This document shows, in pieces, positions 50,321 to 59,692 of a stretch of DNA of 64,000 nucleotides. The translations under genes were made by a program, and so were the position numbers. Source of the stretch: an uncultured bacterium (GTDB lineage: Bacteria > Babelota > Babeliae > Babelales > Vermiphilaceae); assembly GCA_963701085.1 (NCBI GenBank), contig OY969561.1:480001-544000 (forward strand), in the 5' to 3' direction. Numbering within the stretch: position 1 is the stretch's first letter; each line of letters begins with the position of its first letter. A model generated the notes under the pieces. It saw nothing but the letters and a program-made list of their open reading frames with translations. It ran no database searches and was not told the origin of the DNA.

Positions 50321-51181
50321 TTATATATAATGTTTAATTTTTTTACATCCACAAAATAGCGCTCCAATAAAGAAAACCCCTGTCATAGAGGCAATAGAAC
50401 CTGCAATGGAAACATCCGCATATGAAGCTGCTATATAGCCAAAAATGGCGGAAAGGGCTGCTAAAACTACACTCACGGCAATAAGATCATTAACCCGATG
50501 GGTTAGTAAATATGCCGTTGCGGGAGGCGTAATCATAAGCGCTACCACCATAATGGAGCCGACTGCATCAAACGTAGCAACGGTGGTGATACTCGCCACA
50601 ATCATCAAAGCATAATAAAACAGTGCTGGCGGAAAGTCTGACATTGTCGCGAGCGTTGCATCAAACGTCGTAATCAGCAGTTCTTTATAAAATAGGGCAA
50701 TAAAGAGGACATTAATGAGCAAAGCAACACCCATAATCCATAATGCATACGGGCCGCAATCAATGCCATTCAACGTAAAACGATTGAATGGCGCAAATGC
50801 CAGCTCGCCCAAGAGCACCATATCTGTATCAAGGTGCACGTTACGTGCAAACTGAGAAACTAAAATAACGCCAACGGAAAAAAAAAGAGGAAATACTAAA
50901 CCAATTGCCGCATCTTGTTTAAGACGTTTACTTTTAATAATCATTTCCGTGCACAGCACCGTCAGCACGCCACTCACTGATGCACCAATAATAAGTAATG
51001 GTGATGTTAATTGTTGAATATATAAAAACATCACTACAATGCCCAATAATATTGCATGGCTGATTGCATCACTCATCATTGCCACTCCGCGCAGCACCAA
51101 AAACACACCAGGCAGACAACACGTAACGCTCGCCAATAGTGCAATAACAACAATTTCTATGTGCAGCATATTCACCATCAT
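50321..51181 (-). CDS. Mn/Zn/Fe ABC transporter permease (TroD/MntD-like)
   Basis: DAISHAILLG, DAAIGLVF, VHLDTDMVLLGE, VGSIMVVALMITPPATA. Confidence 0.93.
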   Translation of the reverse strand: MMVNMLHIEIVVIALLASVTCCLPGVFLVLRGVAMMSDAISHAILLGIVVMFLYIQQLTSPLLIIGASVSGVLTVLCTEMIIKSKRLKQDAAIGLVFPLFFSVGVILVSQFARNVHLDTDMVLLGELAFAPFNRFTLNGIDCGPYALWIMGVALLINVLFIALFYKELLITTFDATLATMSDFPPALFYYALMIVASITTVATFDAVGSIMVVALMITPPATAYLLTHRVNDLIAVSVVLAALSAIFGYIAASYADVSIAGSIASMTGVFFIGALFCGCKKIKHYI

Positions 51182-52020
51182 GCAACACCCCTTTTTGGCG
51201 CACATAATAAAGAAAAAAGTACAATGCAACTTGCCGCAACCACAATCGCCGGGCCTGTTGGCACATGATCAATACAACTACTTGCATACACACCAGCAAT
51301 TGCTGCACAACCACCAAAGACCGCTGCAAGAAGTACCATGTGCACCAATCGCACCGTCCATTGCCGCGCCGCTGCTGCAGGGGCAATAAGCATAGTACTC
51401 ATCAACACAACGCCAACTGTTTGCAAACCAATAACAATGGCAAGCACAAGTAATATGGTTAACACTGTTTCTATAATTATCGGCTTAAACCCCAAAGAAT
51501 GAGCAAAAACAGGATCAAAAACGTACACTGAGCATTCTTTCCAACACACCATTAAACTCATCACAATAAAAAAAGATAGTAATGCGATCGCGCTAATATC
51601 TTGCTGAAGTAACGTTGACACATTACCGAAAAGAAACTTATTTAAAACTGCTTGATTACTCGTTGGTATTTTTTGTGCAACTGTCATCAAAACAAGACCA
51701 AAACCAAAAAAAACTGATAAAACAATTCCCAAAATGGTATCTTTTTTTAATTTTGTACGCGCACACACATAATTCATACCCACTACGCCAACAATGCCAG
51801 CAAGTGCTCCTCCTGTTAATAATACCCATGGATTTTTACTATGCGTGCACAAAAACATCAGTACAATACCGGGCAACGCTGCATGTGATATTGCATCGCC
51901 CAACAAACTTTGTTGCCGCAACAATGCAAAACATCCCAGTGCTCCTGCGGTAATTCCCAACAACGCAGCTCCTTGCATCACCAACAACAATGTATAATCT
52001 AGCAAAAAAGATGATGTCAT
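51178..52020 (-). CDS. Mn/Zn/Fe ABC transporter permease (TroC/MntC-like)
   Basis: SLLGDAISHAALPG, FLFGN, GLQTVGVVLM, PAAAARQW, PTGP. Confidence 0.93.
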   Translation of the reverse strand: MTSSFLLDYTLLLVMQGAALLGITAGALGCFALLRQQSLLGDAISHAALPGIVLMFLCTHSKNPWVLLTGGALAGIVGVVGMNYVCARTKLKKDTILGIVLSVFFGFGLVLMTVAQKIPTSNQAVLNKFLFGNVSTLLQQDISAIALLSFFIVMSLMVCWKECSVYVFDPVFAHSLGFKPIIIETVLTILLVLAIVIGLQTVGVVLMSTMLIAPAAAARQWTVRLVHMVLLAAVFGGCAAIAGVYASSCIDHVPTGPAIVVAASCIVLFSLLCAPKRGVA

Positions 52021-52790
52021 ACGACATCACTTTTTTGTTGTATTGTATTCCATGTCTGAGTCATAAAACTGGTGCCATAGGCACCATTAAGATTTGCTGA
52101 AGTTAAAACATTTTCCACCGGGCCACACGCAATGCACGTTTTATTCAGAAGCATCACCCAGTCGAAATAAGTTGATGCCGTAAAAAGATCGTGATGAACA
52201 ACAATAATCGTCTTGCCTTCATCACGTAATTTTTTAAAAAGCGTTATAATAATTTTTTCAGAAGTAATATCAACACCCGCAAACGGTTCATCTAAAAAAT
52301 AAATCTGCGCATTTTGCATTAATGCACGCGCTAAAAATGCACGTTGCTGTTGACCACCTGAGAGCACACCAATTGATTTATCTGCATACATTTCTAAGCC
52401 AACTGCTGCTAACACTTCATACACGTGCGCGCGCTCAGATGCACCAGGCCTTCTAAACCATCCAAGTTTTCCATAACAACCCATAAGCACCATATCAAAC
52501 ACCGTAATCGGAAAATCCCAATCAACAGAACTGCGTTGTGGGATGTATGCTATACGCTTACGCGCGTCTTTAACGAAACTACCTAAAATTGTAACATCAC
52601 CTGCAGCAACCGGGATTAAACCAAGTATTGCCTTGATAAACGTTGTTTTACCCGCACCGTTTGGGCCAATAATGCCAAGCATTACCTGCTGCGGCACCGT
52701 TACTGAAAAATCTGATAAAATAAGATTGTTATTATATTCAACAGTAAGATGAGAAACATCTAACGCTGGTATTTTTGATATATTATTCAT
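52017..52790 (-). CDS. Metal ABC transporter ATP-binding protein (TroB/MntB-like)
   Basis: GPNGAGKTT, YIPQRSSVDWDFP, LSGGQQQR, LDEPF, VHHDL. Confidence 0.95.
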   Translation of the reverse strand: MNNISKIPALDVSHLTVEYNNNLILSDFSVTVPQQVMLGIIGPNGAGKTTFIKAILGLIPVAAGDVTILGSFVKDARKRIAYIPQRSSVDWDFPITVFDMVLMGCYGKLGWFRRPGASERAHVYEVLAAVGLEMYADKSIGVLSGGQQQRAFLARALMQNAQIYFLDEPFAGVDITSEKIIITLFKKLRDEGKTIIVVHHDLFTASTYFDWVMLLNKTCIACGPVENVLTSANLNGAYGTSFMTQTWNTIQQKSDVV

Positions 52791-52851
52791 TGCATTAAGT
52801 ATAAAAAAATAGTAGATATAACACAAAAGAATTCTTTAACAAAGGTTATAC

Positions 52852-53574
52852 ATGAAGCTCACATCAAAAACTTTCTTACTCACATTATTTTTCTGTTGTT
52901 CACAAGCACTTATTTGTATGGAAAAAATGTCTCTAGATTCATATAAAGCAATAACGGAAGGAGATAAATATGGAACTCATCTTGTATACAGTATAGAAAA
53001 AATAAACGATCCCTTCAAAAGATATAAAGATGATCCAAATGAGATTATACTTTTTGAAAAACAATTAGAAAAAAACTTAGAAGACACCATTCGCAATACA
53101 AAAAGAGATACTATTTCTAACAACAAACAAATGCATATCATTTATAATGGTCATCATAAACCTGATTATTTTTCGTACATGTTGCAAGCAATGTTACAAC
53201 AAAATAATCTTGAACCAAAAAAAATTATGTCCAGAGACGGTACATCTGGTATTAAACTAGACCACAAGTTTATAGAACCACTTTCTTTGGAAGCACAAGA
53301 GACATTGTGTGCGTATTTGGTTAACATAGTAATGCATCCACATTCTACCATCACAAATAATCGTTGGATGACAGAAGAAGATTGCATGGATGAATCATTA
53401 TTTATACCATTTGCTTTACAAAACAACGACCGTGCAGCTCTATGCTATAAACTCCTCAAAGAAATAGTCCTATTAAACCTTCCTTCACAACCCTCGACAG
53501 ATCTGTACATGAAAATGTATTACTTTTATAAACGTTATGAAGAAATTGCATGGCTTAAAAAATATACTGTTTAA
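52852..53574 (+). CDS. Secreted hypothetical protein, antisense within the metal ABC operon
   Basis: 240 aa ORF with signal peptide between troA-like and troB-like genes. Confidence 0.75.
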   Translation: MKLTSKTFLLTLFFCCSQALICMEKMSLDSYKAITEGDKYGTHLVYSIEKINDPFKRYKDDPNEIILFEKQLEKNLEDTIRNTKRDTISNNKQMHIIYNGHHKPDYFSYMLQAMLQQNNLEPKKIMSRDGTSGIKLDHKFIEPLSLEAQETLCAYLVNIVMHPHSTITNNRWMTEEDCMDESLFIPFALQNNDRAALCYKLLKEIVLLNLPSQPSTDLYMKMYYFYKRYEEIAWLKKYTV

Positions 53575-54488
53575 AGTGAATCTACAATTGCATCAACATT
53601 ATATTTGATCATACCGATATAATTTGCTGCAGGCGTAGTATCATCACCAAGCGCGTCAGAATACAGTTCAGGGCCAATTGCAACAGACCATCCACGTGCT
53701 GAAACAGCATTTTGCACTGCAGCAATAGAACGCTGTGGAATTGATGATTCAACAAAAATTGTCGGGACTTTATGTTCTACAATATAATCAGCAAGCTCTT
53801 TAATATCTTTGGTGCTAATATCGCAATCAGTACTCAAGCCTTGCAAACCAACAACTTTAAAACCATATTGTGCACCAAAATAACCAAATGCATCATGCGC
53901 GGTAATTAAAATTCTTTTATTGCAGTTCAATTCACTGACGCGTTGTTGCACGTATGTGTGTAACTGCTGCAGCTGCGCACTATATTCATCACCATTTTTT
54001 TGATATATTTCTGCATGTTCACTATCAAGCGCAATAACACTTTGTTGAATATAATGCACAGCATCAATCCATAATAGAACATCAAACCAAATGTGTGGAT
54101 CGTATAAATCATCAAATTCAGCGCATCGCAGCTGCTCTTTTTTTACTGCATCTGCTGCTGCACACACATGCGTAAACCGCTGCATACCTTGCAGCACTTG
54201 TCCCATTTTACCTTCCAAATGCAATCCATTATAAATGACCAAATCTGCCGCTGCCAATTTATGCACATCACTTTCCCGTGCGCGATATAAATGTGGATCA
54301 ACTCCGGGCCCCATCAAACCATAAACTGTTATATTATCACCCACTATCCTGCGCACTGCATCTGCAAGCATGCTCGTTGTTGCAACGATGGTGAGGTGTT
54401 TTTGGGGTGCATCATGAATACGATGCATGCGTAAAAAAATAAATGCACTTACCACACAGGCAAGTGCAAAAAATAATAATCTTTTCAT
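53571..54488 (-). CDS. Metal ABC substrate-binding protein (TroA/MntA-like)
   Basis: LMGPGVDPHLY, YNGLHLEGKM, DPHIWFD, TAHDAFGYF, FVESS, LYSDALG. Confidence 0.95.
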   Translation of the reverse strand: MKRLLFFALACVVSAFIFLRMHRIHDAPQKHLTIVATTSMLADAVRRIVGDNITVYGLMGPGVDPHLYRARESDVHKLAAADLVIYNGLHLEGKMGQVLQGMQRFTHVCAAADAVKKEQLRCAEFDDLYDPHIWFDVLLWIDAVHYIQQSVIALDSEHAEIYQKNGDEYSAQLQQLHTYVQQRVSELNCNKRILITAHDAFGYFGAQYGFKVVGLQGLSTDCDISTKDIKELADYIVEHKVPTIFVESSIPQRSIAAVQNAVSARGWSVAIGPELYSDALGDDTTPAANYIGMIKYNVDAIVDSL

Positions 54489-54490
54489 AA

Positions 54491-55810
54491 TCACTGCGCA
54501 ACCCACATACCCGTAAAATCTTGTGCTACAACACCATCAAGTTGTAAGTTAAACAGCTCATTTTGAACTAATTCAGACGTTAATTGTGTGCGCATGATAA
54601 TATCATCAAAAGAAGTTGGCTGCTTACATGCTGCGATAATTTGTTTTTGCTGCTCAGAGCAATGCTCCTCCTTCGCCAAGGCTTCGGCGGACAGGGCATA
54701 CTTATTATCATCACTTTTTATATCAGTTTTTTGCGCTGCAACAAAAGTATGCAGCGTTAACTGCGCTGCTTTATCTCGAATTTTCTGCCTATCAGGCAGC
54801 ACAAGCCTGTCACCAAATTCAGTCAAAATATCGGCGCTGTTCATGACAAGTTTTGCACCATTTTGAATTAACGCATTGCACCCAGCACTCAATTCACTGT
54901 CAAATGGCCCCGGGACAGCAAACACTTCTCTGCCTTGTTCCATTGCATAATGCGCTGATATGAGTGCACCACTTTTTTGTGCTGCTTGAACAACCAAACA
55001 TCCGTGTGACAGTCCGGTAATGATACGATTGCGCGCAGGGAAATTTCCAGGGAGCCCTTCCATGGTTAATGGAAACGCGCTCACTACCAACCCGCCCCGA
55101 TCAACAATAGATTCGAATAATTTTTTATTTGAAACTGGATACACATTTAATAATCCGGAACCAAGCACTGCAATAGTTTTGCCACCATGATCTAATGTTG
55201 CTTGATGCGCCATGGTATCGATACCACGGGCACCACCGCTGACAATGGTATAGTGTGCGGCAACAAGATCCGGTACTAATGCATTAACAGCATGCTGCCC
55301 ATAATTATCCGCTTTACGCGCACCAACAATTGCAAGTAATTTTGAGGATAAACCCTCTTTATAATTACTCTGATTTTTTCCTGTGCGCTCGCCCTGAACT
55401 TGTTGAAGGGTATCTTGGAGCGCGCTTAATCCTTCAACAGGTTCAGGATGAGCGCGGAAAGAAGCAATACCATGTGCCACAGATAACACACCTTGCGCGT
55501 AAATCACTGCCGGAGCCAAATAAATTTCACGCAGCAACGCGGGATACGTATCATCTTCAACAGTTGCCCATTGAATGTTGTGACGTTCAATTAAATCAAG
55601 TTCGTAATCGAGAATTTTTTTATTCTGCAGACCATCAGACAATTTTTGCGCAGTAAGTTCAGTGAACCCACACGTGCGCATCCAGTCTGATGCAGAAAAG
55701 AGATAAAGATCTGATACCGAAATATCAGATCTTTCTAGAATTCTTTGAATAATTGCAGGGCCAATATTTTCTATTAATGTGAGGTGGAGAATAAAATTTT
55801 TGTTATGCAT
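54491..55810 (-). CDS. dprA: DNA-processing protein DprA with two in-frame repeat-derived inserts
   Basis: AIVGAR, VSGGARGIDTMAH, FPARNRIITGLS, SGALISA, GREVFAVPG; true start likely MHNKNF at 55810. Confidence 0.95.
   Translation of the reverse strand: MHNKNFILHLTLIENIGPAIIQRILERSDISVSDLYLFSASDWMRTCGFTELTAQKLSDGLQNKKILDYELDLIERHNIQWATVEDDTYPALLREIYLAPAVIYAQGVLSVAHGIASFRAHPEPVEGLSALQDTLQQVQGERTGKNQSNYKEGLSSKLLAIVGARKADNYGQHAVNALVPDLVAAHYTIVSGGARGIDTMAHQATLDHGGKTIAVLGSGLLNVYPVSNKKLFESIVDRGGLVVSAFPLTMEGLPGNFPARNRIITGLSHGCLVVQAAQKSGALISAHYAMEQGREVFAVPGPFDSELSAGCNALIQNGAKLVMNSADILTEFGDRLVLPDRQKIRDKAAQLTLHTFVAAQKTDIKSDDNKYALSAEALAKEEHCSEQQKQIIAACKQPTSFDDIIMRTQLTSELVQNELFNLQLDGVVAQDFTGMWVAQ
54667..54696. 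repeat. Family B repeat in-frame in dprA
   Basis: CCTCCTTCGCCAAGGCTTCGGCGGACAGGG, near-identical to intergenic 22211-22240; encodes LSAEALAKEE. Confidence 0.9.
55385..55456. repeat. Family A inverted pair in-frame in dprA
   Basis: GCGCTCGCCCTGAACTTGTTGAAGGG..TCCTTCAACAGGTTCAGGATGAGCGC; encodes RAHPEPVEGLSALQDTLQQVQGER. Confidence 0.9.
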
Positions 55811-55829
55811 ATATCTTTTGATGTTTGCA

Positions 55830-56013
55830 CCCTTCGATACATCCCTACGGGACACTCAGGGCGAGCGGTTGGGTATATAATCTTTTGTCTTCCGCTCATC
55901 CTGAGTGTTTCGTCTTCGAAATGTATCGAAGGATCAGGGCGAGCGGTTAGGCAATATAATCTTTTTCTTCCAGTCATCCTGAGTGTTTTTGTCCTCAAAA
56001 ACGTATCGAAGGA
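55830..56013. repeat. Family A cluster between gyrA and dprA, overlapping the gyrA stop
   Basis: Alternating CCTTCGATACA..CACTCAGG and CATCCTGAGTG..TATCGAAGGA units. Confidence 0.88.
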
Positions 56014-58643
56014 TCTTCATCTTCATCAATATCATCCGCACCATCTTCTTCATATTCTAAATCAGAGGCTGCTTCTTCATTCTCTTCATCTTGCTCATCT
56101 TCCTCGTCATCACCCTCTTCTTCTTGTTCACTCGGATCTGCCACCGGCAATGTACGAGTTTCAATGACAACACCAGATTCATCATCAACCGGTGTATCTT
56201 CGCCACCTTCAAACGCAACAACATTGTGCAGTTTTTGTGTAGCATCAAGTCTAATCAGGCGAACACCCTTTGCTTGGCGTCCCATTGCGCGAATATCTTT
56301 AGCAGAAAGACAAATAATTTTACCTGCTTGATCAATGAGTAAGATATGTGAATCTTCATGCACAATTGCAAGACCAATCACCACACCATTACGTTTATCA
56401 GTTGGGATAGTTCTAACTCCCATACCACCACGATGGGCAATACGGAAATCTGCTATGCGTACTTTTTTACCAAATCCGTGTTCAGTAGCAAATAAAATTT
56501 CACCATGATCGGCAATAATTTCCATACCAATAACGCGATCATCTTTCTTAACACGAATACCCATCACGCCGCTTGCTTGACGCCCCATACAGCGAACTTC
56601 AGTTTCATTAAAGCGAATTCCTTGCCCCTTTGATGTAGCAAGAACAATAGTATCAGTACCAGTACTCAATGAACAGAACACAAGCTCATCGCCCTCACGC
56701 AACGTAATCGCACGGATACCAGTTGCACGAATTTTTGAAAAACTAGACGCATCAGTACGTTTAATAATACCTTCACGCGTAACCATGACCATGAACTTAC
56801 CTTCCATATCACGAGAAGGTAGCAGTTTAACCACATACTCACCATCTTGTAATGGCAGCAAATTAATAATTGCACGTCCACGAGCAACGCGAGACGCTTC
56901 AGGCACTTCAAAAGTATTTAAGCTATACACACGCCCCAAGTTGGTAAAGAAAAGTAACATGTCATGAGCTTTTGCAACAAACACATCCTGAACAATATCA
57001 CCTTCAAGTGCGGTGAGTCCCATTTTACCTTTACCACCACGGCGCTGTACACCAAACACATTAAGAGGAACGCGTTTAACATAACCCTTCATGGTAAGCG
57101 TAACAACCGCTTCTTCATCAGGTATTAAATCAGCTTCTGTTAGAATATCAATCGCACCTTCAATTTTTGTGCAACGCGTATCATTATAATTTGTTTTAAT
57201 ATCTTCTAACTCTTTAACAATTTCTGCTTTGAGAACTGGTTCGTTCTCAAGAATAGATCTCAAATACGTAATTTTTGTTTTAATCTCAGCCATCTCAGCA
57301 TAGATCTTTTCTTGCTCAAGGCCGGTCAAACGCTGTAAGCGCATTTCCAAAATAGCTTTTGCTTGTTTTTCTGATAACAAGAACCTTTTATTGAGCAATG
57401 CAATTGCTTCATGTGCCGTTGGTGATTTTTTAATCAATGCAATTACTTCATCAATGGAATTCAATCCTATAATAAAGCCTGCAAGCAAGTGTTCACGTTC
57501 TTGAGCCTTGGATAAATCAAACTGCGTGCGACGGTAGATAATTTGCTGGCGATGATAAAGAAATTCGCTCAACAGCTGTCGTAATGAAAATACCAATGGC
57601 TGATTATCAAGAAGACCTAACATCAAAATAGAAACTGATGTTTGCAAATTGGTATGCTTGTATAACTGATTTAAAACAACGCTTGGAATTTCTCCACGTT
57701 TAAGATCAATAACAAGGCGCATGCCTTTTTTATCTGATTCATCTTTAATGTTAGAAATACCATCAATAATTTTATTTTTTACTAAATCAGCAATTTTGAT
57801 AGTCAAATCAGCTTTATTAACCTGATACGGCAATTCGGTAATAATAATGCTTGCGCCCTTATTTGCTTTTTCTTCAAACTCAGTAACGCCACGCAAAATC
57901 AGATTACCTCTACCCGTTTTGTATGCTTTTACAATCCCCGCGCGGCCACAAATAACACCGCCCGTTGGAAAATCTGGACCCGGAATATGCGCAAACAACT
58001 CTTCATCCGTAATAAATTCATTTTTAATCATCGCAAGAAGCGCATCAACAACTTCACCCAAATTGTGTGGTGGAATTGAAGTCGCCATACCAACAGCGAT
58101 ACCTGCTACACCATTTACGAGAAGATTTGGCAGCCTACTTGGCAAAACAATTGGCTCTACCGTTGATTCATCAAAGTTCGGGGTAAATGCAACGGTCTCT
58201 TTTTCTATATCCGCTAAAATTTCTTGTGCAATGCGCGCCATACGGACTTCAGTATAACGCATCGCCGCCGCGTTATCACCATCAACAGAACCCCAGTTAC
58301 CTTGTCCATCAAGCAATGGATAACGTTTAGAGAAATCTTGAATAAGCCCCACCATAGATTGATACACTGCTTGGTCACCATGGGGATGAAATCTACCAAG
58401 CACATCACCAACTACGCGCACAGATTTGTGATATGGTTTATTGTAAAAAAAACCAAGCTGATGCATTGTATATAAAATACGACGATGCACCGGCTTTAAT
58501 CCATCACGAATATCGGGTAATGCCCGACTCACCACAACGGACATTGCATAATCAAGAAAAGAATCTTTTAACTCTTTTTCAATTAAAATTGGTCTTATAG
58601 GTATATTTTTATTATTCACGATTAAAGTGGGACGTTCCATCAA
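55995..58643 (-). CDS. gyrA: DNA gyrase subunit A
   Basis: SRALPDIRDGLKPVHRR, HPHGD, AAMRYTE, GyrA-box QRRGGKG, acidic tail. Confidence 0.98.
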   Translation of the reverse strand: MMERPTLIVNNKNIPIRPILIEKELKDSFLDYAMSVVVSRALPDIRDGLKPVHRRILYTMHQLGFFYNKPYHKSVRVVGDVLGRFHPHGDQAVYQSMVGLIQDFSKRYPLLDGQGNWGSVDGDNAAAMRYTEVRMARIAQEILADIEKETVAFTPNFDESTVEPIVLPSRLPNLLVNGVAGIAVGMATSIPPHNLGEVVDALLAMIKNEFITDEELFAHIPGPDFPTGGVICGRAGIVKAYKTGRGNLILRGVTEFEEKANKGASIIITELPYQVNKADLTIKIADLVKNKIIDGISNIKDESDKKGMRLVIDLKRGEIPSVVLNQLYKHTNLQTSVSILMLGLLDNQPLVFSLRQLLSEFLYHRQQIIYRRTQFDLSKAQEREHLLAGFIIGLNSIDEVIALIKKSPTAHEAIALLNKRFLLSEKQAKAILEMRLQRLTGLEQEKIYAEMAEIKTKITYLRSILENEPVLKAEIVKELEDIKTNYNDTRCTKIEGAIDILTEADLIPDEEAVVTLTMKGYVKRVPLNVFGVQRRGGKGKMGLTALEGDIVQDVFVAKAHDMLLFFTNLGRVYSLNTFEVPEASRVARGRAIINLLPLQDGEYVVKLLPSRDMEGKFMVMVTREGIIKRTDASSFSKIRATGIRAITLREGDELVFCSLSTGTDTIVLATSKGQGIRFNETEVRCMGRQASGVMGIRVKKDDRVIGMEIIADHGEILFATEHGFGKKVRIADFRIAHRGGMGVRTIPTDKRNGVVIGLAIVHEDSHILLIDQAGKIICLSAKDIRAMGRQAKGVRLIRLDATQKLHNVVAFEGGEDTPVDDESGVVIETRTLPVADPSEQEEEGDDEEDEQDEENEEAASDLEYEEDGADDIDEDEDPSIRF

Positions 58644-58720
58644 ATTAGCCCTTTTCTCGCATCAAAAATAGGTATCAAAAATTGCTTAGAATATACAATT
58701 AGTATAGTGGAAAATGATAC

Positions 58721-59536
58721 TTATGACAATAAATCAATAAGCATTACCGTAATATTATCAAGCACACCTCTTTGCACCACACAGAGTACCAACATTTTTG
58801 CAAGTAAACTCATATCCTGAATACTCGATCGTTTCTCTTGTAACAGTGCAGCAACTTCTTCATTATTCATCATATTCCACAAACCATCCGAAGCTACAAC
58901 TAAAAATCCATGGTTATTAGTTAATGGTATCTCTGCATATTCCGGCTCAGAAATAATCAAATTTTTACCAACATCATAATCACCAAATGCTCGTGATACC
59001 GCCAAAATACCATTAACTCTATTATGATACACATAACCTTGCGCATCTTCTATTCGCTGTTTTTCATCATGCCTCAGCGGCTTATGATCTTGCGTAGCAA
59101 ATGCAACACAACCATCTTTCTCTAACAACGCACGAGAATCTCCCACGTGTGCAAAATGTGCAACATTATCCTTAATATAAACAACACTCGCTGTTGATCC
59201 TGATTTCTTATTCAACTGCACAAACTCATCATTATCAGCATTCCTAAATGCCTCTACCATTCTTTCACGCATTGGCCCTGAGGTTTTACCAAAATAATGA
59301 TGAAAATTCTCTGCCAAAAAGTGCGCTACTTTGTCGTTACCATGACCATCATATACCGCATATAAATTACCACCATCAACGGTGCCATGATAAAATCTAT
59401 CTTCTTGATAATCTCTTTTATTTTGATAAGAAGAAATACCTATCCTTTTTTCTACCATTACCTCACAATTTTCACTCGCACCACAAAAAACCGTTGCAGT
59501 ACATACCATCAATAATGCTAATTGTTTGTTCACCAT
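58721..59536 (-). CDS. PP2C-family protein phosphatase with signal-like N-terminus
   Basis: RDYQED, VYDGHG, GSTA, HVGDSR, DHKP, RVNGILAVSRAFGD, ASDGLW, DNITV. Confidence 0.93.
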   Translation of the reverse strand: MVNKQLALLMVCTATVFCGASENCEVMVEKRIGISSYQNKRDYQEDRFYHGTVDGGNLYAVYDGHGNDKVAHFLAENFHHYFGKTSGPMRERMVEAFRNADNDEFVQLNKKSGSTASVVYIKDNVAHFAHVGDSRALLEKDGCVAFATQDHKPLRHDEKQRIEDAQGYVYHNRVNGILAVSRAFGDYDVGKNLIISEPEYAEIPLTNNHGFLVVASDGLWNMMNNEEVAALLQEKRSSIQDMSLLAKMLVLCVVQRGVLDNITVMLIDLLS

Positions 59537-59692
59537 TATCTCCTTTCCAAAAAATAGATGTGCCGTTTTTTATTGCCTCTATTCTATAAGCAAATCACGG
59601 AACAATACAACAAAAAAATCCAAAACAGCGCACTTGCAATAACGCACCATAGATGCTAAATTTTCACCAACTGTTATAAAAAAAGGAAAGAC

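Noticed and set aside
55811-55855. N-terminal extension of DprA (MSRRDVSKG)
   Set aside because: Derived from the upstream repeat; MHNKNF is the more plausible start
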